DNA of 64,000 bases. Origin: a virus (lineage: Duplodnaviria > Caudoviricetes). The notes beneath the pieces are model-generated. The model made no database searches and was not told the DNA's origin. It worked only from the letters and a program-made list of their open reading frames with translations. The position numbers and the translations under genes are program-made. Positions 10,840 to 19,717 of the stretch are shown piece by piece. Every line of letters begins with the position of its first letter. Position 1 is the first letter of the stretch. The stretch lies in the IMG/VR virus record IMGVR_UViG_3300011577_000001; one strand, written 5' to 3'.

Positions 10840-12531
10840 GTGAACCAACCGAAATTTAACCCAGATGAAGTTAAAGGTTACGAAGTCAAACACGTAACTT
10901 ACACCAAGTCGAACAACCCGGATTCTCGTGACGATGCGCTGATCATCAAGAAGGTCGCGCACATGAAAAACGGTGACCTGATCCCTTTCGTTGACTTGGA
11001 AGTGAACTACAAGCGCACGTTCTATGTCGAGCGCCAGCAGAACTATTCGGAGAAGAAAACCCAGCAAAAACGTAGTCGTCTCCAACCGTTCACCTGTACT
11101 CAGCGTAACCTGATCCCAGCGATTGGTCGAGCATTAGGTCGAGGCAAGTTATCGGGTGGTCTACGAACCATTGCGCGTAACCCTTTCCTATACGGCACTG
11201 ACATCACCAGTGCTACGCTGTACAAACAAGACTTCCGTAAAGCCTATCCAGATTGTAACTCGCCTAACCGGGTGGCTGTGTTCGACATTGAAACTGATGT
11301 CGTTAACGGTGACGGTAGCGAACCGATCTGTATGTCCCTGACCTTCAAGGACAAGGTCTACCTGGCTGTTACGAAGAAGTGGATCGGCAGCATTCAGAAC
11401 TTTGAAGAGAAGGCCCACAAGGCGGCTGAGAAGTACCTGAGCGAGCACTTCAAAGCTCGGAACATCACCATGGAAGTTCAGGTGGTGGATACTCCGGGTC
11501 AAGCGGTAGTGGAAACGTTCAAGCGTGCTCACGAATGGCAGCCTGACTTCGTGTCTGTCTGGAACATCAACTTCGACCTTCCTAAGTGCTTGCAGGTATT
11601 GAAGAACGAAGGGATCGATCCTGCTCAGGTGTTCTCCGACCCGTCGGTACCAGAAGAGTACAAGTTCTTCCGTTATAAGGAAGGCAATGCGACCAAGGTC
11701 ACTGCTACTGGTCGCGTGGACTCGATTCACCCAGCAGAGCGTTGGCACGTAGCTGAATGCCCTGCCAGCTTCTTCTTGATCGACTCGATGTGCGTGTACA
11801 AGCGCATTCGTATGGCCAAGCAGAACGAACCGAGCTACGGCTTGGATGCTGTAATGAAGAAGAACCTCAAGAACCTGGGTAAGCTCAAGTTCGCTGAGGC
11901 TGACGCTTACAGCGGTCTGCAATGGCACATCTTCATGCAGGAACACTACAAAGTCGAATACGCGATCTATAACGTCTTTGACTGCATTGGTGTGGAACTG
12001 CTCGACGAGAAGATCAAAGACCTGCAACTGGTTATCTCGACTCAGTCCAAAGCGTCGGAGTACACCATCTACAACTCGCAGCCTAAGCGACTCGTGGATG
12101 ACTTCTACTTCTTCTGCTTGGAGCGCGATTACGTTCTGGGTTCTTGCTCGGATGAAATGGCGCACGAGTACGACCAGTACGTCACCGACATGAAGGGTTG
12201 GATCGTTACGCTACCGTCTCACCAGACTGTGGATAACGGGATCAACGTCATTGAAGAGATGCCAGACGTGCGGACCTACATCCGTACCCACGTGGCAGAC
12301 TTGGACATTGTATCAACCTACCCGAACGTACAGGTGATCCTGAACATCTCGCGTGAGACCACTCGTCGTGAGCTGTACAAGATTGCAGGTATCGATGTCC
12401 GTACACAACGGATGGCGGGTATCAACCTCACCGGTGGTCATGTGAACGCTGTTGAGATTGCGTGCTCGGTTTACCAAGCGCCGAACTTCGACATGCTGTT
12501 GGCTGACTTCGAAGCTGAACAAGCGGCATAG
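10840..12531 (+). CDS. Split family-B DNA polymerase, 3'-5' exonuclease plus motif A subunit (phiKZ gp82-like)
   Basis: ExoI FDIETD, ExoII WNINFDLP, ExoIII YNVFD, PolB motif A DLDIVSTYPN. Confidence 0.85.
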   Translation: MNQPKFNPDEVKGYEVKHVTYTKSNNPDSRDDALIIKKVAHMKNGDLIPFVDLEVNYKRTFYVERQQNYSEKKTQQKRSRLQPFTCTQRNLIPAIGRALGRGKLSGGLRTIARNPFLYGTDITSATLYKQDFRKAYPDCNSPNRVAVFDIETDVVNGDGSEPICMSLTFKDKVYLAVTKKWIGSIQNFEEKAHKAAEKYLSEHFKARNITMEVQVVDTPGQAVVETFKRAHEWQPDFVSVWNINFDLPKCLQVLKNEGIDPAQVFSDPSVPEEYKFFRYKEGNATKVTATGRVDSIHPAERWHVAECPASFFLIDSMCVYKRIRMAKQNEPSYGLDAVMKKNLKNLGKLKFAEADAYSGLQWHIFMQEHYKVEYAIYNVFDCIGVELLDEKIKDLQLVISTQSKASEYTIYNSQPKRLVDDFYFFCLERDYVLGSCSDEMAHEYDQYVTDMKGWIVTLPSHQTVDNGINVIEEMPDVRTYIRTHVADLDIVSTYPNVQVILNISRETTRRELYKIAGIDVRTQRMAGINLTGGHVNAVEIACSVYQAPNFDMLLADFEAEQAA

Positions 12532-12534
12532 AAG

Positions 12535-12570
12535 CAAAAAAAAGGAGAGGGTAAAACCTCTCCTTTATGC
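12535..12570. terminator. Bidirectional intrinsic terminator
   Basis: A-tract, AAAGGAGAGG-GTAAAA-CCTCTCCTTT, between convergent genes. Confidence 0.8.
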
Positions 12571-12572
12571 TG

Positions 12573-13049
12573 TCAATGCGGCGGACGCCATGTACCCTTC
12601 TTCTGCTTTCGAATAACTTCTTCTAAGCCTCGGATATCGTCTTGGTCTTTAGGTCGATTCAAGGAACGTTTGAACTTGAGGATTTCCTCAGGAGCCCACA
12701 TCCCTACTCCATCCACCACGATTACGGGGATGTCAGGATTACCACATTGTACATCGACAACATGGTTCATTTCTAACATCTCCATGTCTGGATCATAGTA
12801 GTTCTTGACCTTGAACTTTTTGGATTTCTTCCAAGCCGTGTAGACTTCCAGAGGTACATCCATATCGATGTCGGAGGTATATTGGCGAATACCCAACAAG
12901 AGACACCCACCACCTGCTAACACTGGAGCTTGTTCTGGCTTAAGGTCATACTGACGAATGAACTTAAGGTACTCCCAGATAAATTCATTACGGGACAACA
13001 CTTTCTTACCATCTACTATCACGATTACAGCCCCTATGAAAAAAATCAT
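12573..13049 (-). CDS. Minimal nucleotidyltransferase-fold protein (possible GTG start at 13022)
   Basis: VLAGGGCLLLGIRQYTSDIDMD (GG..DxD) and C-terminal RPKDQDDI. Confidence 0.7.
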   Translation of the reverse strand: MIFFIGAVIVIVDGKKVLSRNEFIWEYLKFIRQYDLKPEQAPVLAGGGCLLLGIRQYTSDIDMDVPLEVYTAWKKSKKFKVKNYYDPDMEMLEMNHVVDVQCGNPDIPVIVVDGVGMWAPEEILKFKRSLNRPKDQDDIRGLEEVIRKQKKGTWRPPH

Positions 13050-13056
13050 ATGATAG

Positions 13057-13090
13057 CAAAAAAAGAAGGGGTGCGAGCCCCTTCTTTATG
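13057..13090 (-). terminator. Intrinsic terminator
   Basis: AAAGAAGGG-GTGCGAG-CCCTTCTTT hairpin with a U-tract on the minus strand. Confidence 0.75.
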
Positions 13091-13121
13091 TCGTCAGTCT
13101 TCTAGACGCTGACGCGCCAGT

Positions 13122-14087
13122 TCATTTCAGTGAACCGTAGATTGGCTGTTGGAAGTCGGTGTCGTAAGCAAACTCGCCCGGCAGGTGGTTGTTGCCATCA
13201 GCCAGTTGGATTTGCAGGACACGCGGTTTCTCAGAACGAGTGATGCAGATCACCTTCTCGTAGTCTGGGTTCTCCCACTCGACCAGTTGGGCACGGACCA
13301 GAGTTTCGTCTGGGCGAGCCAGACCCACATCAACCTCACCCACTTCCAACGGAGTAGTCGACTGAGCCAACATCAGGATCACGTGCGACAACAAGTTCAG
13401 AGGCTGAGCCGCCGAGATATACAACTCGTAACCGAGGGTGCTCACCAGGCCGGTGGTGTAGATGAACTGCGGAACGTCGCCGTTGGCTTCGACGTGTTGA
13501 GCAGCGAAACCGTGTTCAGCGATCAGGCGATCGGTACGGTCCTGAACGATGGAACGCTCAACCGACTGGAGGGTCTTGGTCAGTTGTTCACGGTTCAGGT
13601 CTTTACGAGCACCCAGGCCTTTGAAGAACAGCTCGCGAGTGATACCTTCGTTGACGAACTCACGGGTGTGGTAAGCCGTGGAGAGCATCTCGGCTTCGAA
13701 CTGTTCGATGTACAGCTCAGGCGATTGGGCAACCTTGATCAGGAACTCGCGCATGTCTTCACCGGTTGGGATCAGCGCATGTACGAAGAAGAGGTTACCG
13801 ACGATTGGTGCGTCGTTGTACTCTTCGGGTTCCACGTAGCGACCGTAGTCGTTGTTGACCAGGTACTTGATGAAGCCGGTGCAGATGGTTTCAGCCATCG
13901 GGTGGTCAATCTTGTCGAGGTTGTCGTAGCTGTTCACGCCTTCCGGCAACGCGACCGACGAGATGTAGATCTCGTACATCTGGTACGGGTTGAACTGACG
14001 GCTGGCTTCAAAGCCGAAACCGAAGAACGACGCCATTGCCATCGGAGCCAGTTGGAAGATTGCGCGTGGGCCTTTATGGTTTTGCAT
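13122..14087 (-). CDS. Two-domain protein with C-terminal DUF4262-like domain
   Basis: SD TAAGGAG before ATG 14087; EHGFAAQHV..PQFIYTTGL..GYELYI..QIQLAD...LPGE..YD pattern. Confidence 0.6.
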   Translation of the reverse strand: MQNHKGPRAIFQLAPMAMASFFGFGFEASRQFNPYQMYEIYISSVALPEGVNSYDNLDKIDHPMAETICTGFIKYLVNNDYGRYVEPEEYNDAPIVGNLFFVHALIPTGEDMREFLIKVAQSPELYIEQFEAEMLSTAYHTREFVNEGITRELFFKGLGARKDLNREQLTKTLQSVERSIVQDRTDRLIAEHGFAAQHVEANGDVPQFIYTTGLVSTLGYELYISAAQPLNLLSHVILMLAQSTTPLEVGEVDVGLARPDETLVRAQLVEWENPDYEKVICITRSEKPRVLQIQLADGNNHLPGEFAYDTDFQQPIYGSLK

Positions 14088-14159
14088 TTTAATGCTCCTT
14101 AGCATCAATAGGTTTATCGTCGAATTGGACATCAACGACACTTCTGAAGGTTAATAAGA

Positions 14160-14939
14160 TTAGGCTTTTGGGAATGGTATTAATGGACGACTGACCAGTT
14201 CCTCGTAGACATGGTAGAGTTCATCATAAAAGTCGATGTCGACCTCTTTAATGCCCCACAACAACTTAGGTTTGTAAATTGTAAAATCTCCATCCTCACC
14301 ATCGACTATGATATATTTCGACCCAAAGTGAGTGAAAGTTCGATAGCCGCTTGGTTTGTGATCAGGGTCAATTTTTTGTATCGCCGATATGAGTTCACCG
14401 ACACTACCACTGATGATCATTTCGTTGGCTATGGATTGAAGATGGTCAACCTCGAAAGTGGCGCCAAAGACTTTGAGGTCAATCTCCAAATCCTCGAAGT
14501 TACCGTTGTATTCGACCTCAAGCATCAATGTAACTTCGGTATCTGGTACAGTGCATTTCCAAACAGCCGTACTTCCACCGAAGATCATCAATTCCAAAGT
14601 GTAGCCCGCGTAAGGGGCAAACTTCGAAAAGTCGTGTTCCGTGAAAACTTTAGTTACCATTTGTTGCGGGATGTAGCGAGGTAGCACCAAGGTCTCGTGA
14701 CTAACCAAAATATCGTGATCATTGGTAGCGATCTGGATGGCGTGGGTAGCTGTAGTTACCGCATACCAAGTTACGGTCTCGTCCGGCTCAACGGAACATT
14801 TCCATTCGTTGTTAGGATCTTCTGCCGAATGAGTCCAGAGATTAATGCCGTGCTGCTTCTCCAGTTGTTTGGCAGTTTCCAAATCGATATCGTCGAAGTG
14901 ATGGAAAGTTTCTACAAATTCAGCGGTTACTTTAGACAT
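14160..14939 (-). CDS. Acidic hypothetical protein
   Basis: 259 aa, SD AGGAG, AT-richer codons than core genes. Confidence 0.7.
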   Translation of the reverse strand: MSKVTAEFVETFHHFDDIDLETAKQLEKQHGINLWTHSAEDPNNEWKCSVEPDETVTWYAVTTATHAIQIATNDHDILVSHETLVLPRYIPQQMVTKVFTEHDFSKFAPYAGYTLELMIFGGSTAVWKCTVPDTEVTLMLEVEYNGNFEDLEIDLKVFGATFEVDHLQSIANEMIISGSVGELISAIQKIDPDHKPSGYRTFTHFGSKYIIVDGEDGDFTIYKPKLLWGIKEVDIDFYDELYHVYEELVSRPLIPFPKA

Positions 14940-14957
14940 GTTTTGTTCTCCTGAGAA

Positions 14958-15215
14958 CTAGAAATTATCGAACGCTGTCAATTGTTTTTCAAGACGGGTT
15001 CTAAACTTATCTACCTCGTACCAATAGAAGTACGGAAGGTTTTTAGTTCCCAGTTGCCCGTGGAACTCGACGACGCACGGGTAGGTAGGTTCGTACCCAC
15101 CCGGTTGTCTGGGATTACAAGGTCTTCCAAAGTGTCGCGCCGCAGCCTCGTTAAAGCCTGCGGCAGTACGGACAATGTAAACCCCATAATCAACTTGGCG
15201 GTATACATCACCCAT
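14958..15215 (-). CDS. Small hypothetical protein, paralogue of the next gene
   Basis: 85 aa; RTAAGF...PTYPCVV. Confidence 0.7.
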   Translation of the reverse strand: MGDVYRQVDYGVYIVRTAAGFNEAAARHFGRPCNPRQPGGYEPTYPCVVEFHGQLGTKNLPYFYWYEVDKFRTRLEKQLTAFDNF

Positions 15216-15217
15216 AC

Positions 15218-15493
15218 TTACTCTCCTTGAACTTCTCGGAACTGTGCCAGCAGCTTGTCCTTATAAGCTTCGAGACACATCCAGCGAACACCCATGTCGC
15301 CCCAACGATCGAAGTAGGTCCATACCACACACGGGTACTTCTTCGGGTAGTTGGTTGGGTAGTCTAGCGGTTCGTCGTTTTCCTTATGCTCCCGTTTCAC
15401 AAGGTCACGGTAAGCAGCTTGCGTACGGCAGAGATGTCCACCACACATCAAGCGTTTGTAATTCGGTCTTGCAGCAGTTGTCACAGTGTCCAT
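15218..15493 (-). CDS. Small hypothetical protein, paralogue of the previous gene
   Basis: 91 aa; RTQAAY...PKKYPCVV. Confidence 0.7.
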   Translation of the reverse strand: MDTVTTAARPNYKRLMCGGHLCRTQAAYRDLVKREHKENDEPLDYPTNYPKKYPCVVWTYFDRWGDMGVRWMCLEAYKDKLLAQFREVQGE

Positions 15494-15547
15494 TCCCCAG
15501 CCCCTCTATTGGGCTACAAAAAAGAAGGGGTCAGTAGACCCCGATAT

Positions 15548-15934
15548 TTATTTCGAGCGTTCCTCGAACATCGTGAGGACTTTGGCCCTGGTCCTGCGCA
15601 CCCAACGACCACAGGGTACTTGCGTACCCGTCTTGTGACCTTGGAGCACACGGTCTCGTTCAGTTTTGAACACCAGAGGCAGAGGATAATACACCCAACC
15701 GTTATCAATCACCCGCCGTACCAAGGAGTAGTTGTACTCCCGACTCTCCACCTTCTCGTAGATCCCACGTCTACAGTGTTCGAGTTCTTCTTCGTTTACT
15801 TCGTCGTAAAGGATGGTAGTCACCCCAGTCTCGTCGTCAACGAACTGTTTCTTTCGGAAGATCAGTCCATCGATAGCATGGCTGTAGATTTTGTCATCCC
15901 TCTTTACGATCACACGGTCGGCGGTCTCGGTCAT
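15548..15934 (-). CDS. Hypothetical protein
   Basis: ATG 15934 overlaps the upstream stop (ATGA); terminator-like hairpin follows at about 15517-15542. Confidence 0.65.
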   Translation of the reverse strand: MTETADRVIVKRDDKIYSHAIDGLIFRKKQFVDDETGVTTILYDEVNEEELEHCRRGIYEKVESREYNYSLVRRVIDNGWVYYPLPLVFKTERDRVLQGHKTGTQVPCGRWVRRTRAKVLTMFEERSK

Positions 15935-16224
15935 GGGACTTGAATCCCGTTCTTGTTGACCCACTCCACAACTTCTTTCTCGATCTTGCGGAGTTTCTCT
16001 TGCGGATACTTCTTCGGATCAAAGAGCACGTGGTCGCCATCTTGTAGGTCGTAGTCGAAGAACTCCTTCCCTGTGGCGTAGTTATAACACCAACCCTGAT
16101 TGCAATGGGTGGGCTGCATGTCTTTGACCCAGTACGGATCTTGATCTGCTTTTGGTTGAGCACCAACGTTCGCCTGAACAGAAGCACAGGCTACCAGAGC
16201 GATTACTGCGAAAAGAGTTTTCAT
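15931..16224 (-). CDS. Small secreted/periplasmic protein with CxxGWC motif
   Basis: Sec-type signal MKTLFAVIALVACASVQA; PTHCNQGWC. Confidence 0.7.
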   Translation of the reverse strand: MKTLFAVIALVACASVQANVGAQPKADQDPYWVKDMQPTHCNQGWCYNYATGKEFFDYDLQDGDHVLFDPKKYPQEKLRKIEKEVVEWVNKNGIQVP

Positions 16225-16231
16225 TATTATG

Positions 16232-16543
16232 TCATTCCACAATGACTAGTTTTTGATTGTCGAAGAGTGCTGGCAAACCCATAGGGTCTTCCCTCTCCAG
16301 ACGGAGGAACTCTTCCACCGAGATGGGGTTATCCAAATCAGTGAAAGCGATGTAACGAATACCACCGCACTCACTTTTCACGTAAGCGTAGGGGTAAGGG
16401 GCTTTCTTGGTCGGGAGGTTATCCTCGATCCATTTGGTCGCTGCTTGAGCTTCCTCGAGAGTCTTGAAGACTTTATCCGAGGTGTGCTGAATCATGACCT
16501 TGCAGGTTTTAGGATCAGTGTGATACATGGAGCAACCCCGCAT
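16232..16543 (-). CDS. Hypothetical protein
   Basis: ORF packed in the early operon; start may be ATG 16528. Confidence 0.6.
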   Translation of the reverse strand: MRGCSMYHTDPKTCKVMIQHTSDKVFKTLEEAQAATKWIEDNLPTKKAPYPYAYVKSECGGIRYIAFTDLDNPISVEEFLRLEREDPMGLPALFDNQKLVIVE

Positions 16544-16793
16544 CCGACAAGTCCTTACGGATCATGCGGTACACGATCCAAGTAGCAACTACTACGAAGA
16601 ACAGCAACCAGACCTTGAAGATCGCCAGCGCCAGCGCGATAAAGAAGAACCCAGTTGGAGAGAAGTTCTGGACGCCCCACAGTGCAACCTTGAGCCAGAA
16701 CGTTTCTTTCTTTGTCAGGATGTATTCGCGGCTGGCTTTCCAGACCACGAACAACCCGAACAACACCAGTACCAGAATCAAAACACCCATCAC
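16515..16793 (-). CDS. Small multi-pass membrane protein
   Basis: 92 aa with about three hydrophobic helices; SD AGAAGG. Confidence 0.7.
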   Translation of the reverse strand: MMGVLILVLVLFGLFVVWKASREYILTKKETFWLKVALWGVQNFSPTGFFFIALALAIFKVWLLFFVVVATWIVYRMIRKDLSDAGLLHVSH

Positions 16794-16801
16794 CCTTCTC
16801 C

Positions 16802-17095
16802 TTAGAAGACGTACTTCACCACTTTGATATTAGCCCGCGTTGCCACGGGGTGCAGATCCGCTCGGCTCCACTGTTGAGTGACGCTTTGCGAATAATCTTT
16901 CAGGTGCTGCGCTTCTTCCTGAGGGTGCTCAGGAGTCCCTTTGACGTGCGGAATGAAGATCGCAGTCAATACCAGGGCTACGACGAAGAACAGCACCAGC
17001 CAGCGCAGGAACGCGTTCTGACGTGCCAGTTCACGTTGGTCCACGTTCTCCAGATCGTGGATCAGTTTTGCGTTCTTTTCAGCTTCCTTATCCAT
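16802..17095 (-). CDS. Single-pass membrane protein
   Basis: 97 aa with central WLVLFFVVALVLTAIFI helix; TAATG-coupled. Confidence 0.7.
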   Translation of the reverse strand: MDKEAEKNAKLIHDLENVDQRELARQNAFLRWLVLFFVVALVLTAIFIPHVKGTPEHPQEEAQHLKDYSQSVTQQWSRADLHPVATRANIKVVKYVF

Positions 17096-17295
17096 TACTT
17101 ACCCACCCACACTTTGACTTCGGTTTGTTCGAACGAGCCGTCTTCCAGGACGACAGTTTGTTTCACATTGCACCAGCCAGCTTCACACTGAGCAGGCTCA
17201 GCTTTGAAGTCCTTGAGTTGGTACATGGCGAAGGCCGAAGAGCAGATGCCAGCGATGGCGATAACGGCGATCAGAGCTTTTACGAATTTGTTCAT
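17095..17295 (-). CDS. Small secreted/periplasmic protein with CxxGWC motif
   Basis: Signal MNKFVKALIAVIAIAGICSSAFA; PAQCEAGWC; SD GAAGGA. Confidence 0.7.
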   Translation of the reverse strand: MNKFVKALIAVIAIAGICSSAFAMYQLKDFKAEPAQCEAGWCNVKQTVVLEDGSFEQTEVKVWVGK

Positions 17296-17328
17296 GGTTC
17301 TTTTCCTTCTGAGGATTTTAAGTTTAGT

Positions 17329-17964
17329 TTAGTGGCGCGACTTTGGATTGATGTCGATGCCGGGCAAACGGGATACTGCGGTTAAGAGACGGCGTACGTG
17401 AGAGACCTGAATACTGATACGGGAAGGACCACCACGAGGATAACCACGACCGCGAGTGATTTGCTGCACAGCTTCATTGAGAGCGTCAACTAACCCTTGA
17501 ATGAACTCACGTTCTTCCTTCATTGGTTGGAAACGCATTGGACAGAGTCGAACGAATTCTTCAACAGTCCAACCCATGATGAAGATCTCGCCGTCTTTAA
17601 CAACGACTTCTTCAGCAGGATCGGTCTTCAAGTACTTGAAATACAGAACCGTTGCGTTGTCTCTCTTCTGCTTGGGTGGTGGGTAAACGATGTCTCGAAG
17701 TTCATCGATCGTGTTAGGACGAATTGCTTCGATCAACTTCATCACCGATGCTGGGGGTAGCGGCTCACGGCGCAATTGATTCCCGTAATCGAGTCCAAGT
17801 TTGATCTTGAATCCGCTCGGGGAATGTGCAATAGCGAAAGGCTGGTGTTGGTCCACGCCAACAATCGTGTAGTAACTCGCATCCGAGAACTGAAGTTTGT
17901 TGTCGTAGTTATAAAGCAGTGCATGGATAAGAAGCCTGAGGCCTTCTCGCATGATGTTCTCCAA
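17329..17964 (-). CDS. Hypothetical protein
   Basis: About 211-aa ORF in the early operon. Confidence 0.65.
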   Translation of the reverse strand: MENIMREGLRLLIHALLYNYDNKLQFSDASYYTIVGVDQHQPFAIAHSPSGFKIKLGLDYGNQLRREPLPPASVMKLIEAIRPNTIDELRDIVYPPPKQKRDNATVLYFKYLKTDPAEEVVVKDGEIFIMGWTVEEFVRLCPMRFQPMKEEREFIQGLVDALNEAVQQITRGRGYPRGGPSRISIQVSHVRRLLTAVSRLPGIDINPKSRH

Positions 17965-18007
17965 AGAACAGAAATTAGAATGGGGAACCGAGGCTCCCCA
18001 GTGTCGC

Positions 18008-18487
18008 TTATTTCAGGCGAGCCATCGCGTCAGCCAGAGCACGGTCGGCGTGCTGAGCACGGACTTCCGATTGAGCCAGCTCACGCTCAGAAGCAGCGAG
18101 GTTCTGACGGGCACGTTGGATGCCTTCTACCAGAGTAGGGGCAGCAGCAGTAGGGGCGTCACCGTCTTTACGCTTGGCTACATCGGACAGCATGATGGGA
18201 GTGCAGTTGAACTCGCGGCAGGACTTGCGCAACATATTCACGTCAGTAGGGATCGACTCACGACGTTTGAACACGAAGTCGAACAGTTCGTCACCGATGA
18301 TGACTACGCCCATACCCAGGTAGGTGTGGAAGTGGCGACCACCGATGTTAACGACGCACAGATCACGCTCGTAGGGATCGTTCTCTTTCGAGGTGCCGAC
18401 TTCTACGGTGTGGACCAGGGTTTGTACTTGGGTGTTCTTCAGACGAGCAACGCCGGAAGACAGAATCAGGTTGTCGATTGCTTTCAT
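18008..18487 (-). CDS. Early hypothetical protein with C-terminal coiled coil
   Basis: First gene after an early promoter; SD AGAAGGA; biased codons. Confidence 0.75.
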   Translation of the reverse strand: MKAIDNLILSSGVARLKNTQVQTLVHTVEVGTSKENDPYERDLCVVNIGGRHFHTYLGMGVVIIGDELFDFVFKRRESIPTDVNMLRKSCREFNCTPIMLSDVAKRKDGDAPTAAAPTLVEGIQRARQNLAASERELAQSEVRAQHADRALADAMARLK

Positions 18488-18542
18488 GGTACGATTCCTT
18501 CTAAGGGTTTAAGGTTAGATGAAAGGGATTTAGTATCCTATT

Positions 18543-18562
18543 CACTTTCGTAATATGTATCT
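18543..18562 (-). promoter_or_regulatory. Early (virion RNAP) promoter
   Basis: AGATACATATTACGAAAGTG; one of eight copies of a motif resembling the phiKZ early TATATTAC consensus. Confidence 0.75.
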
Positions 18563-18589
18563 GAGATTTTTTTGATTCCAGTTTACACG

Positions 18590-18733
18590 TATGTAGTGAA
18601 TACAGGCAATGTCAACATTGCTCGCAAGGGGGTGATCCAGCCTTAGTGTGGTCTCCGAATCCTTGTATCGCTGGGAAGCGTAATAAAACGGATTCACGGC
18701 TGCCTGTATCCAGTCCGCCCTTCGGGGCGGACT
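18590..18733 (+). ncRNA. Candidate structured small RNA or leader
   Basis: ATACAGGCA(18600-18608)/TGCCTGTAT(18701-18709) closing stem, inner GAATCC/GGATTC helix, then AGTCCGCCC-TTCG-GGGCGGACT. Confidence 0.5.
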
Positions 18734-18762
18734 CCTATTCCCAAAATCAACAGGTATCGAAC

Positions 18763-19257
18763 ATGACCACCAAGATGACGATCGATTACGATACGATCAT
18801 GCAGGGGCTTGAGAAAGCTGTAGAAGAGCGTAAAGAAGCGGCGGCATGGACCATGGCTAAAGGTCCCACGTTGTTGAAAGAATTCTGTACCATTGGCGTT
18901 ATTGTCCCTAGACAGTGTGGCCGCACCTACACTGCACTTAAACGCTTGGTAGCAAACGAACGTTCAATGTTGATTGTTCCAAACGGGTCTATCCGTGATG
19001 CAATGGCCTGCAACTACCATCATCACTGTGGAGACGAGTTGAACGCCTACGCCAAGTCCCGCATCTACACTTACGGTAATATTGCCTCGGCGATCGCTAA
19101 GGTGGAGGATGGTCAACAGGACATCCTTTGTGCCAATGTGACCGAGATCATCGTGGATGACGCTCTGTACTTCTTCGAACACATTCGCCGTAACAAGTTC
19201 TACAAATGGCTTCACGCTCGCGGTGGGAATGACCAGTTGATTGTCCTGTTGAGCTAA
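18763..19257 (+). CDS. Small degenerate P-loop NTPase-like protein
   Basis: IVPRQCGRT (terminase-like Walker A with K to R) and EIIVDDA (Walker B-like). Confidence 0.55.
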   Translation: MTTKMTIDYDTIMQGLEKAVEERKEAAAWTMAKGPTLLKEFCTIGVIVPRQCGRTYTALKRLVANERSMLIVPNGSIRDAMACNYHHHCGDELNAYAKSRIYTYGNIASAIAKVEDGQQDILCANVTEIIVDDALYFFEHIRRNKFYKWLHARGGNDQLIVLLS

Positions 19258-19293
19258 AAAAAAAGCAGGGGATGCGGCCCCTGCTTTTATGCC
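19256..19293. terminator. Bidirectional terminator
   Basis: AAAAGCAGGGG-ATGCGG-CCCCTGCTTTT between convergent genes. Confidence 0.8.
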
Positions 19294-19294
19294 C

Positions 19295-19651
19295 TTAGAT
19301 ACGGGCACCAGCTTTCTTCAAAGCCGCTTTTACCAATGGGTTCTGTTTGGTCTTGTCCTCGGACATGAGCTTAAGGAGGGTCGGGCTGGATTTAACCAAC
19401 TCGGAGATTTCGATCTCATACCGACCACCCTTACGGATGTGCAGTATACCGAGCTGCCAGCCAAACTCGATACTGGCGAACTCGATGAAGTCGCCTTCGT
19501 TGCAATAGCTGATAGCCAACTGCAACATCCGAGGGATAGCTGTGTCTAAGTAACTGTAACGCCGCACATCAATGATCTCTTTGGATTTACCGCGAGTCAT
19601 GGTGGCGATGATACGACGAGGGGCGATTGCTTTTTGTTCCGATGTAGCCAT
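19295..19651 (-). CDS. Hypothetical protein
   Basis: 118 aa; SD TAAGAAGGA. Confidence 0.7.
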   Translation of the reverse strand: MATSEQKAIAPRRIIATMTRGKSKEIIDVRRYSYLDTAIPRMLQLAISYCNEGDFIEFASIEFGWQLGILHIRKGGRYEIEISELVKSSPTLLKLMSEDKTKQNPLVKAALKKAGARI

Positions 19652-19717
19652 TTTCTATTTTCCTTCTTAGGACTAAAGTTTAATGGGGGGTTCTTCAATA
19701 AACCCCTTTATGCCTTG

